Below, piece after piece: positions 27,034-35,919 of a stretch of DNA of 64,000 nt (its first letter is position 1; each line of letters starts with the position of its first letter). Under the pieces are notes generated by a model. The model saw only the letters and a program-made list of their open reading frames with translations, was not told where the DNA came from and ran no database searches. Where the stretch lies: sequence record NC_014467.1; one strand, written 5' to 3'. The position numbers and the translations under genes are program-made. The DNA comes from Escherichia phage RB16.

Positions 27034-28781
27034 TAATGGCTAACAATCCATATTACAGCGACGAACAACGCCGCAGGATGCAAAATCCAAAACCACAGCC
27101 ACAACCCACCGTTCGTAAGATTAACGCAACGTTGGATAAGGCTTCGATGCAGGAATTGAAGGACATCAACGACAACACTCTCGAAACCGCGTTGAATACG
27201 CTGGATATCAAAGACAGTGTGAAGTCCTTCGAAGACCGTTTTAAAGAGAAATTTGCAGGGTTCCAGGAACAGTACGAACAGGATCAACAACCGTTAGCCG
27301 ACCAGTTACCGGATTTTGTTGGTCCTTCTCGTCCTTCTGTTCTGACTGATAACAGCACGAATAGTGTTGATAATTCTGTTAGCGTATCAAATCAGAACAA
27401 TCCGTTTAGTAAGCTGGAAGCACACACCAGCACTATCGCAGACGCTATCACGAAGTTTATTGAACTGGCAAGCAAAAAGCCCGAACCAGCGCCGGAACCT
27501 GAACCCGTACCGGAAGAAGAACCAGAAGTTGATAAGAAGAAAAAGAAAATACGCGATAAAGACAAAGACGAAAAGAAATTCAGTAAGAAAGTTCTGTTTC
27601 TTCTGGATGCGATCAAAAGCAATACGTCATCTCTGTTGTCTCGTTTCATTGGTTATTCTCTGGAAACGATAGCGAAGTTTGCAAAGTGGACGTTGATTAT
27701 CGGCAGTATCGTATTCGCGATCGAGGTGTTGGGTAAAGTTATTGCCTCGTGGTTTAATGATTTACTTAATGATGGGGAAGCATCCAAACAACTTTTTGGA
27801 TCATATTTCAACAATATAAAGGCGTTGGCAAAAAGTATAGATGAAGGATTAGATAAATTAGGTGATAAAGATGCAACATTAGCAGAAAAATTAAAAGCTC
27901 TGTTAGTAGAACCATTTAAGATTCTGGGTAATACCATTAAAACCGCAATCACGGAAGGTATCGGTAATCTGATTTACGCTCTGGGTGAATATACCGGATC
28001 TGAAACGATTACCAACGCCGGACGCGGAATGAAAGTATCAGCACTGCGCGACAAACAAAAATACGGACTTGAAATTGATCCAGATGACCTGATTATGCTG
28101 AAAGAGCAAGAGATTCAGGATCAGAAAGATAAAATCACACAGGCCCGTGAAAAGGTTGTTGAGCAAGTCAAAGCAACACAAGGCATGTTTAGTTATGGTT
28201 TCGGGCAACAGACAGAAGCACAACAGGTTCAGTCTAAGCACCTTGAAGAACTCCGTAACCAGGTTGATCTTGAAGAACAGATCACGAAGGAGAAAGAGAA
28301 AGAACTCCAGATGCTGAAAGATAACCCTAACCTGCTTAAAGAGCAAGTGTTGAAGGAAAACACCGCGAACGCTAAACGTGTTGATGATGCTAAACAGGTG
28401 GAAGCAGCGCAAAAGGCTACCAAACCAAAAGCAGAAAATGAATTCGATCGGGGTGATGCTATTCTGGATAAAGACGAGATCACTGGCAAAGACAAAGAGT
28501 TAATGGAAAAGATCCTTGAATCTCTGGAAGAGAAGAACAATTCCAAAAAGCTCGATGAAGATGACAGCGAACGATATCGTTCTATGCTCGACCAATGGCA
28601 GAACAAAATTGCTGTTGTGCCGGAAAGCAGCGCATCAATCGACAAACAACCGGAACCTGTACGCGCACCTGTTGAAGCAACCGCATCAAACAATGTTCAG
28701 GTAAACAACAAAACAGTAAATAACACGGTTCAACATTCTGTTCAACGAACCGAACGTAAACCGTTGATTGCATTAGCATAA
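27030..28781 (+). CDS. 29: baseplate hub/tail-length protein gp29-like
   Basis: 583 aa (T4 gp29 ~590); low-complexity charged linker, internal hydrophobic segment; position before gp48. Confidence 0.55.
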   Translation: MIMANNPYYSDEQRRRMQNPKPQPQPTVRKINATLDKASMQELKDINDNTLETALNTLDIKDSVKSFEDRFKEKFAGFQEQYEQDQQPLADQLPDFVGPSRPSVLTDNSTNSVDNSVSVSNQNNPFSKLEAHTSTIADAITKFIELASKKPEPAPEPEPVPEEEPEVDKKKKKIRDKDKDEKKFSKKVLFLLDAIKSNTSSLLSRFIGYSLETIAKFAKWTLIIGSIVFAIEVLGKVIASWFNDLLNDGEASKQLFGSYFNNIKALAKSIDEGLDKLGDKDATLAEKLKALLVEPFKILGNTIKTAITEGIGNLIYALGEYTGSETITNAGRGMKVSALRDKQKYGLEIDPDDLIMLKEQEIQDQKDKITQAREKVVEQVKATQGMFSYGFGQQTEAQQVQSKHLEELRNQVDLEEQITKEKEKELQMLKDNPNLLKEQVLKENTANAKRVDDAKQVEAAQKATKPKAENEFDRGDAILDKDEITGKDKELMEKILESLEEKNNSKKLDEDDSERYRSMLDQWQNKIAVVPESSASIDKQPEPVRAPVEATASNNVQVNNKTVNNTVQHSVQRTERKPLIALA

Positions 28782-28792
28782 GGGAAATTTAC

Positions 28793-29887
28793 ATGAAAAT
28801 CAAAGTTTTACAAGATACTGTGCAATCATTTGCAGAAATCAAAAATGCTGGCATCCCCTCTGGGGGTGCTACAACAACTAAAAACGCGTTGACACAACCA
28901 ATAGTAACAGCGGAATTTCCTTCCCAACGTGCAGCAGGTATTGATAACGCTTATAACGCATCAAGCCTGTATAATAACGGCTTGCTGTTCACTGCATATG
29001 AATTCACTGGTGGATTTGCACCAGGCAGTAAAGATAACTACCGTTCACTACGTCAAGCAGCACAGAACGCACAACAGATCCTGAGCGCGAATACAGGCAA
29101 CGTTCGATATAAACAAGTTTTGAATACCCGTACTATGGGTACGCTCAACCCCATTTGTCAAATACTTTTACCGCGAAGCCTGAACGATAACGAGGTTAAC
29201 AGCCACCGTTACCAGGATGCAACCGATAGTATCGTTGCTAAAGGACCGTCAAGAGTTGTGTCTAACGTTATCTGGGGCGTTATTGAGTCTGCTAGTGGTG
29301 GTATTTTGGCAGACCGTAGAGAAGCAGTTGATGTTGGTACGAAAGCAGCGTTTCAAGGTTCTGATAAGCGCACAAAGATGTATTACAATACATTCGTTAT
29401 CGAAAGTCGTTATGACCTGCTGGAACTTATTAAAATCTATTATCTGTTCACGGTGCTGGGATATGGTACGACATCAGGAGGAACTGCCGCTGAAATAGCA
29501 GAATTAGCTAAACAAACAATTAATAAATCATCAACAACAGGGGCAAAACTTATTAATAATGCAGTTGCGGGAAATGGCCCTACACCTACTGTATCTAATG
29601 GTTCGATTATAAGTGATCAGATGGTTGATTTTGTAATTAACATTGAAGTTATTAAATCACCTCCTGTATGGTTTATACGTGATTTCCAGACGGGCGACAG
29701 TTTACGGTTCCCGCATTCGACTTTCGGGCCAGCAGGTATTACTAGCGTTCGTTTTGGGCGTACTATGGATAATATCGTAAATACATTAAGAGAGTCACCC
29801 AATACACCAATATCCGTTGAAATCGAAATTCAGTTTATGGAATTGATCGACATGCGTCAAGATTCTATTTTCGATGTTCAATACTAG
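28793..29887 (+). CDS. 48: baseplate tail-tube junction protein gp48-like
   Basis: 364 aa = T4 gp48 length; immediately upstream of gp54. Confidence 0.6.
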   Translation: MKIKVLQDTVQSFAEIKNAGIPSGGATTTKNALTQPIVTAEFPSQRAAGIDNAYNASSLYNNGLLFTAYEFTGGFAPGSKDNYRSLRQAAQNAQQILSANTGNVRYKQVLNTRTMGTLNPICQILLPRSLNDNEVNSHRYQDATDSIVAKGPSRVVSNVIWGVIESASGGILADRREAVDVGTKAAFQGSDKRTKMYYNTFVIESRYDLLELIKIYYLFTVLGYGTTSGGTAAEIAELAKQTINKSSTTGAKLINNAVAGNGPTPTVSNGSIISDQMVDFVINIEVIKSPPVWFIRDFQTGDSLRFPHSTFGPAGITSVRFGRTMDNIVNTLRESPNTPISVEIEIQFMELIDMRQDSIFDVQY

Positions 29888-29895
29888 GGGGAATA

Positions 29896-30759
29896 ATGTT
29901 TTATAGCGTAGATGAATTCTTATCTGGAATGGCTAACAATGATTTTCAACGCAGCAACTTGTTTAGCGTTGTGTTTGCCACGAGTCCAGCATCACGCATT
30001 CTTGATAGCACGATCGGGAGTATTCGAGATACGTTAATTGATGGTACAATGAGTTCCATTAACGCGAACAACCCGAACGAGTTCATGAACGCTATCACGG
30101 GGGGTGTACGCAAATTATTCAGCTATACAGTTGATAAAGCGATTATGTCCCTCAACAAAACAGGATTCAGTAAAATTATGGGGGCGTTAAGCCCTCGCCT
30201 TGTTACTTCCCTGTTTGGTGATAGCGTTTACGGACAACTGTTGACAGAATTCCGTGATAAAATGATGTACAATATGGGGTTGAGTATCGTCGGTGTTCAG
30301 TTGCCCGGTAAAACACTGGGATATGAATATGTTTATAACGGCGGTGTACCCCAGATCCGATTTACCCGACCGGAGAATGGAGAGCTATCTCTTACATTCC
30401 GTGTTGATTCAGAAGCACGTAACCTGAAAGTGTTTAACGAATGGATATCCGCTATTCGTGATGACATTACAGGGCAGTTTGCTTTCATTGATGAAGTATC
30501 CAGCGCGATCCAGGTTAACTTACATAACCGTGATGGTGTTCCGCATAGCACATACATATTCCAGAAGTGTTTACCTGTTAAGGTCAGCAGCCCTGAATTA
30601 AGCTATGAAACAAACAACGAAATCTGGACATTTACGGTTGACTTCGCATATAAAACTGCGTGGATCGTAGAAGCAGACAAAGAAGGTTGGGACGGATTCA
30701 AACAATCAATGATTGAAGGTGCAGCGGTTGCCCTTCGTGGTGTGGTATCAGGACAATAA
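29896..30759 (+). CDS. 54: baseplate tail-tube initiator gp54
   Basis: Aligns by eye with T4 gp54 (FQRSNLFSVVFATSP; IQVNLHNRDGVPHSTYIFQKCLPVKVSSPELSYETNNEIWTFTVDFAYK). Confidence 0.8.
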   Translation: MFYSVDEFLSGMANNDFQRSNLFSVVFATSPASRILDSTIGSIRDTLIDGTMSSINANNPNEFMNAITGGVRKLFSYTVDKAIMSLNKTGFSKIMGALSPRLVTSLFGDSVYGQLLTEFRDKMMYNMGLSIVGVQLPGKTLGYEYVYNGGVPQIRFTRPENGELSLTFRVDSEARNLKVFNEWISAIRDDITGQFAFIDEVSSAIQVNLHNRDGVPHSTYIFQKCLPVKVSSPELSYETNNEIWTFTVDFAYKTAWIVEADKEGWDGFKQSMIEGAAVALRGVVSGQ

Positions 30760-30778
30760 GGGGCGTAAGCCCCTTTTG
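30757..30778 (+). terminator. hairpin AAGGGGC-GTAA-GCCCCTT + T-run
   Basis: Read directly. Confidence 0.45.
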
Positions 30779-30786
30779 AGGTTAAT

Positions 30787-31530
30787 ATGATTGATGTAAT
30801 TCGCGTCAAACTCCCTTGTGGGGTAAAACGTTTTCCGATGTTCACTGTACGCGATCAGTTGAGTTTCTTGCTCACCAGCGCGGATATGGAAGGGAAAACA
30901 TTAACAGAACAGCAGCAGATCCTTGATGAAATTTTAGATATTCTTTATCCGGGTTATTCAAAAACCGAACAGGAAAATATATTCACTAAGGTTTATTGTG
31001 TATCGTTTGGTAAGAACGTCATTAAGATCCGAATCAAAAACAAAGACAGTTACACAGAAACATTCATGCAGGTCAAAGACTATGAATTGCAGAATGAATA
31101 TGCTCTTGATGATTCTCTGACCCTGGGGTTCCGGTTCCCAAAACACAGAAAGAGCAGTGAAGAATTGTTCCTTGAATGTATCCAGTATGTCAAGCAAAAT
31201 GATACCCGTTATGAATGGGAAGCACTCGACGAAGACACGAAGAATGCTATACTTGATTTGGTATCTATCACCGATATGGAAAACATTGTGAAGATGTTAC
31301 GTAAATCCTGTCATGTTGTCGTTCGCGACCTTGAATTCAGTGATTTGCTTACCCTTTACAAGATCCTGTTTAACAAATCAGAATTGAATGAGTTCTTCAA
31401 GACAAACTATTTGTTAAATAAGAATGAAGTACATATTGAACCTATCATGAATGCAAGCCCGATGGAACGGTCAATTTACGTTGCAATACTGGCAGAAGAT
31501 TTAAAACAGAGACAAAATACAAATGCGTAA
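30787..31530 (+). CDS. baseplate hub assembly protein, gp51-like (by size and position)
   Basis: 247 aa (T4 gp51 249), precedes gp26-like and gp25. Confidence 0.45.
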   Translation: MIDVIRVKLPCGVKRFPMFTVRDQLSFLLTSADMEGKTLTEQQQILDEILDILYPGYSKTEQENIFTKVYCVSFGKNVIKIRIKNKDSYTETFMQVKDYELQNEYALDDSLTLGFRFPKHRKSSEELFLECIQYVKQNDTRYEWEALDEDTKNAILDLVSITDMENIVKMLRKSCHVVVRDLEFSDLLTLYKILFNKSELNEFFKTNYLLNKNEVHIEPIMNASPMERSIYVAILAEDLKQRQNTNA

Positions 31531-32080
31531 ACATACTCCAAAGCATATCCAAAAATATAATGTGACTTATCGCCCGTTGACTATTGGTGATGTGAATGAC
31601 ACGGATAACTTCATTTTAGAAGGGAAGGTGTTTAAGCATCAACGCGATTATGTGTATCTTATGGCCTTGTTTGATTCAATCAATACAGATACTGTCGACC
31701 TACAAATCAAGTGTCCTGATTGCGGTGAACTGATTAAGTTCACGTTAAACCGTCATCATATCATGATTGACGAGTTCGAAGAAAAACTCTTCGGTAATGA
31801 AATTAAAATTGCGGTCAGCCCGTATGTTACCGGAAAAGAAGAATTACCGGATCTGATTAAGTTTGTTGTCATCGACGGCGAACAAATCTTATGGGAAGAC
31901 TGCAAAGAGTCAGAAAAGGAAGCGGTGTTAGATAGCATCGACTATCCGGTCTTTAAATCGATAAATACCGCGCTGGAAGCCCCAGCAATGGTCGCAAACA
32001 TTCCGGTCGGGTGTTCGTGTGGCTATAAACACATAGTCTCTCTGCGTGGCTTAGAGGCGTTTTTAAAGGTGGTTGGATAA
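31523..32080 (+). CDS. baseplate hub subunit, gp26-like (by size and position)
   Basis: 185 aa ORF directly upstream of gp25. Confidence 0.45.
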   Translation: MRKHTPKHIQKYNVTYRPLTIGDVNDTDNFILEGKVFKHQRDYVYLMALFDSINTDTVDLQIKCPDCGELIKFTLNRHHIMIDEFEEKLFGNEIKIAVSPYVTGKEELPDLIKFVVIDGEQILWEDCKESEKEAVLDSIDYPVFKSINTALEAPAMVANIPVGCSCGYKHIVSLRGLEAFLKVVG

Positions 32081-32473
32081 ATGGCTGTTAACCTTCGCTT
32101 ACTATACAGCGATATCGATCCGAACCTTACGAAAGATTGGAATAAAGATGTTGCCGCCTCGAAAGGGGCGGCAGCAGTAAAGAACAGTCTGATCGGTATC
32201 GTTACTACCCAGAAAGGCACACGTCCTTTCGATAGCAATTTTGGATGTGAGATCGGGGAACAGATATTCGAAAACATGAACCCGCTAACAGCGGAATCAG
32301 TACGAACTTCGATTACCTCCGCAATACGAACCTACGAACCCCGCGTTTATAACCTTAATGTTGAAGTGATCCCGCAGTATGACGAAAACGCGATTACTGT
32401 TACGATTTACTACAGCATCATTGATGAACCGGAAGAAGTAGAAAAAATCAAACTCCAGCTTTCATCCTCATAA
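32081..32473 (+). CDS. 25: baseplate wedge subunit gp25
   Basis: 130 aa; aligns by eye with T4 gp25 (LYSDIDP...DWNKDV...RPFD..FGC...YEPR...IKLQL). Confidence 0.9.
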   Translation: MAVNLRLLYSDIDPNLTKDWNKDVAASKGAAAVKNSLIGIVTTQKGTRPFDSNFGCEIGEQIFENMNPLTAESVRTSITSAIRTYEPRVYNLNVEVIPQYDENAITVTIYYSIIDEPEEVEKIKLQLSSS

Positions 32474-32475
32474 CA

Positions 32476-32497
32476 AAAAGCCCCTTTCGGGGCTTTT
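32476..32497. terminator. bidirectional hairpin AAGCCCC-TTTC-GGGGCTT between convergent genes
   Basis: Read directly. Confidence 0.55.
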
Positions 32498-32498
32498 C

Positions 32499-32996
32499 TT
32501 ATTCCATCACGATCCAGCCCATTAGCTGTTGATATCGCAATTCGAACGGGGTGATGAAAGAGCGGTTATTGATAACCTTCGTCCCGTTGTAGGACTTAAT
32601 CACTTCCTCACCACGAAGCACATATTCGTATACTTCGTCCATAGTGTCGTAACGCACTTCTTCGACTTCGAAGCAGAAGTTGGAATACTCAATCATCCCA
32701 ATCTTGTTCGCGTAACGGCGTTCGATACAACCCTGTTTTTCAACCAGAGTGATCGCAGTATCAATGAACTGCGCAAGTGCTTGCATGAAATTACCACATT
32801 CGACTTCACGCCCCCCGCTTGAGATAGCCAGGTAAACGCGGCTCAATCCATCATTGCCGATGTAACCGATGCAATCACCACCAATGTTAACAGACCACAC
32901 TTTGCCAATCGGCCCCATACCCATTCTGTTTTCACTGCGAGAAACACCTTTCAGTAACAGTGCCATGATGCCGCCGCGAACGTAATTCATTTTCAT
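32499..32996 (-). CDS. hypothetical protein (165 aa)
   Basis: ORF track. Confidence 0.5.
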   Translation of the reverse strand: MKMNYVRGGIMALLLKGVSRSENRMGMGPIGKVWSVNIGGDCIGYIGNDGLSRVYLAISSGGREVECGNFMQALAQFIDTAITLVEKQGCIERRYANKIGMIEYSNFCFEVEEVRYDTMDEVYEYVLRGEEVIKSYNGTKVINNRSFITPFELRYQQLMGWIVME

Positions 32997-33006
32997 GATA
33001 AGCCCC

Positions 33007-33237
33007 TTATTTTTTCAGGTTGATTAACCAAGACGGTTGGGTTTCTAAACTAACCTCTTTCCAAGCATATGCAACACTATAACCGGAATACGTCTGACAT
33101 ACAACAGCATTTTCATTTAAATATTTCACTTTGTGATCTGCCTCTTGTTCATTCAGGGCAGCACATACGATATTCTTTTCATACACTCCGCCGTTTGGCT
33201 GGATAATTGTTTCTTCAATCAGATAAACGCTGTTCAT
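33007..33237 (-). CDS. hypothetical protein (76 aa)
   Basis: ORF track. Confidence 0.4.
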   Translation of the reverse strand: MNSVYLIEETIIQPNGGVYEKNIVCAALNEQEADHKVKYLNENAVVCQTYSGYSVAYAWKEVSLETQPSWLINLKK

Positions 33238-33446
33238 GCTAATTCCTTCTCGATTGCTTCGATGATGTGGAGAACATAACCATTCAATCTTTCGGCTTGT
33301 TCAGCGGCTTCGATCATACCGTAACGAGGAACTTCTAAAACGTCGAAACCTTCGATCGGGTTGCTTTCGATATCAACGATGATATAGCTTTCACCGATTA
33401 CCGCACCTTTTCTCCAGTCTTTTACGAATTTCATTTTAGCGTTCAT
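33234..33446 (-). CDS. hypothetical protein (70 aa)
   Basis: ORF downstream of promoter cassette. Confidence 0.45.
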   Translation of the reverse strand: MNAKMKFVKDWRKGAVIGESYIIVDIESNPIEGFDVLEVPRYGMIEAAEQAERLNGYVLHIIEAIEKELA

Positions 33447-33530
33447 TTTCTCGTTCCTTTTGTCTGTTCCGTTTCAACACCCCTAATATACAAAAACCCC
33501 TCGCGATATGCAAGGGGTTTTCGATTAATT
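33447..33530 (-). promoter_or_regulatory. promoter/stem-loop cassette (TTGCAT in hairpin AACCCCTTGCATATCGCGAGGGGTT, 17-bp spacer, TATATT)
   Basis: Read on minus strand. Confidence 0.55.
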
Positions 33531-34169
33531 AAACTTATTGTACAGCATGAAGTTTACACCGATTGAACTTAGGGAGGTACAAGCTCGTTCCAGGTCGTCC
33601 GCTTCAATTTCGATAACGAATTTCGTTCGTATTAAAGCTGGCGCGACTTCTTCGACAGAAGGTGTAGTGACTTCTACGACAGGTTTATATACGTTCTTAT
33701 CATGATCAGGAACATCATCGAGATACTTCAACATTTGATTGATGTATCGTTTATCTGAGTATACAAACCGCTTCGCATTCGTCAGAAGAGAACGCATTTT
33801 AGAGCGGGTTGTAACTTTTGTACTTTCTTTGTATCCGCTACTTTCGGTGTTAAGAAAGTTTGGATTGCTATCCAGCATAATGATAGACGCTAGATTGTTT
33901 TTGTGGAAGTATCCCACGAGTTCATTACGAGACTGAGAGAAAACAAGCACATAAGCCTCTTCACCTACCAGATACATTTGTATATGTACTGGCGCTGTAA
34001 ACATTTTGTTTATGATTTTATGGAATCGAGTGTTTTCCGATAAACTGCGTTGTCTTGTATAACTTTTGAAAATGTTATCTTTGACAATGGTCGCCATCGT
34101 TTCGATGTGGTTTAGCGATTTCCCAAGTAACGGGTTCAGAAAAACTTCTTTTTTCGGTACATAAGCCAT
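33525..34169 (-). CDS. hypothetical protein (214 aa)
   Basis: ORF track. Confidence 0.5.
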   Translation of the reverse strand: MAYVPKKEVFLNPLLGKSLNHIETMATIVKDNIFKSYTRQRSLSENTRFHKIINKMFTAPVHIQMYLVGEEAYVLVFSQSRNELVGYFHKNNLASIIMLDSNPNFLNTESSGYKESTKVTTRSKMRSLLTNAKRFVYSDKRYINQMLKYLDDVPDHDKNVYKPVVEVTTPSVEEVAPALIRTKFVIEIEADDLERACTSLSSIGVNFMLYNKFN

Positions 34170-34185
34170 ATTTCAAATTCTCTTT

Positions 34186-34476
34186 TTAGTGCATGAAAGA
34201 TTTAACGTACTTCAATATTTCTTCACGACATGTGTCAACGCTTGTGTTTTCGGCAATCATAGCATGACAAAGTATCTCACCGTCAAGCCAAAACGTCAGC
34301 ATGTATTGAATATCACGACCTTCTGTTGCTTCCTGATGATACTTGATTTTCGCGAAAGCAGTTTCGATACTTTCGGTTACTGTCAACATTTCGGAATCAC
34401 CATCTACAGCAGCCATTTCCCCAGCTTCTTCGCTGAATTCGCTTTCCAGTTCTTCCCAGTATACTATCGTTATCAT
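34186..34476 (-). CDS. hypothetical acidic protein (96 aa)
   Basis: ORF track. Confidence 0.45.
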   Translation of the reverse strand: MITIVYWEELESEFSEEAGEMAAVDGDSEMLTVTESIETAFAKIKYHQEATEGRDIQYMLTFWLDGEILCHAMIAENTSVDTCREEILKYVKSFMH

Positions 34477-34609
34477 TGATTACCCCAAACATACTTTACA
34501 TTTGCATAAAGGGCATTCAGCCTCTTTGATGCGTAGACGTTTCGTTGTTGTCTTCTTCTCCGTATTGTGATCATATACATGAAGACAACGGAAGCAGATC
34601 ACCCAACGT

Positions 34610-35077
34610 TTATCCGTCATAACCGCCACCGCACTTAACCTCACCTTCAATGAACAGTTCGCGGTTGTCTCTCAAAAGATTGTATTTCTTTTCGAGTTCC
34701 GGCCCGAATGCGTCAGCGTCTTCATAATAGCTATAATTATAACAACCGCATTCATCATCCCATTCAGGTTCATCACCGCGTTCGTTGAAGTGTACGACTT
34801 TGAGATCGTCAACTCCAGACTCTTTCATTTTATCCCAGATATACCGGATGTCAACGCTATGGTAACTGAATGCTTCAAGGGTGATGTTATCACCATCGAT
34901 TTGAGGGATACCCCATTTAGGACGTTGGTCATCGGTGATGATATCAAGCAAAGATTCTACGTTTTCGTGTCCGTAAATCTTCGCGACCTCTTCCTCTTTA
35001 CCAGGACGAACAAGCCCGATCCCGATAATAAAGCTACTGCTTGAACTGTTACTTACAAAACCAGAACGGATCTTCAT
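34610..35077 (-). CDS. hypothetical protein with conserved N-terminal leader MKIRSGFVSNSSSSSF (paralog A)
   Basis: First 16 residues identical to the 38488..39000 product; the rest is unrelated. Confidence 0.55.
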   Translation of the reverse strand: MKIRSGFVSNSSSSSFIIGIGLVRPGKEEEVAKIYGHENVESLLDIITDDQRPKWGIPQIDGDNITLEAFSYHSVDIRYIWDKMKESGVDDLKVVHFNERGDEPEWDDECGCYNYSYYEDADAFGPELEKKYNLLRDNRELFIEGEVKCGGGYDG

Positions 35078-35265
35078 CGTCTTGCCTCATATTTCGCGTT
35101 CTCAGCGATTTTTTCTTGATAGATGTTATATGACATTACCAGAGGCGCAACCGCCACGATAAGCCCTATAAAGCACACAGAGAACTCACGTTTATTGAAA
35201 GCCAGGAACGCAATTGCGCTCCCGACCACGAACACACCCAGCGCTAATAAGAAGAATAACGTCAT
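35074..35265 (-). CDS. small two-helix membrane protein (63 aa)
   Basis: Two hydrophobic segments; 4-nt overlaps with neighbours. Confidence 0.45.
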   Translation of the reverse strand: MTLFFLLALGVFVVGSAIAFLAFNKREFSVCFIGLIVAVAPLVMSYNIYQEKIAENAKYEARR

Positions 35266-35879
35266 TTTGTGAGGGTGTCCATTTGTTTTGATTTTTCCAA
35301 CAGGGTTTTGATTACCGTATCCATCGCCTGTTCTGTATCACCATCATGATAGATGATCGCGGTTTGATGCAAACCTTTCACCAGACGATTGATAATGTAC
35401 GCCATTTCGGTCGGTAACAGTTTACCCGTTTTGTTGAATTTTTCAAACAGATTGAACAGTTCTTCGTTATTCCCTTTCTTACGGAAATTGAAGTTGTGCA
35501 TCCCAGACAGAAGACTATCCAGATACAGAACTGTTTTGTTATCAGAGCGGAGGTGTCCACCGATTTTGTAGTAGTTGCTGAAAACGTATGGTGCTTCACG
35601 AACATCATCGATGTCGAAACCAGCATCATCGATATTGCCTACGTGGGAGAAGAAATCCGCATCGTTATCGAACAGATTGATCGCGCCTTTCTTGTATGGG
35701 AATCCAGCCAGGTTAATGACTCCCTTTTCATACGCATCATCGTTATCAACGACAACGTATTCAGGAAGCATAGGGGCATATGGTTTGTTTTTGTCGTGGT
35801 TTTCGCGATACGCTAAAGGTTCAGCCAGATAGAGGATATCGCCTTGTTTGACTTCATCCCAAAAGATATTACGTGACAT
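35262..35879 (-). CDS. hypothetical acidic protein (~205 aa)
   Basis: Start set at MSRNIF with GAGGAA RBS; the longer ORF-track start would run through the upstream hairpin. Confidence 0.5.
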   Translation of the reverse strand: MSRNIFWDEVKQGDILYLAEPLAYRENHDKNKPYAPMLPEYVVVDNDDAYEKGVINLAGFPYKKGAINLFDNDADFFSHVGNIDDAGFDIDDVREAPYVFSNYYKIGGHLRSDNKTVLYLDSLLSGMHNFNFRKKGNNEELFNLFEKFNKTGKLLPTEMAYIINRLVKGLHQTAIIYHDGDTEQAMDTVIKTLLEKSKQMDTLTK

Positions 35880-35919
35880 ATTAAATTCCTCAACATGCCC
35901 CCTTTCGGGGGCTATATCA

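Noticed and set aside
27364-28693. Alternative-frame and antisense ORFs within the gp29-like gene
   Set aside because: Low-complexity Ser/Lys-rich translations arising from the repetitive charged linker; main frame is continuous and syntenic.
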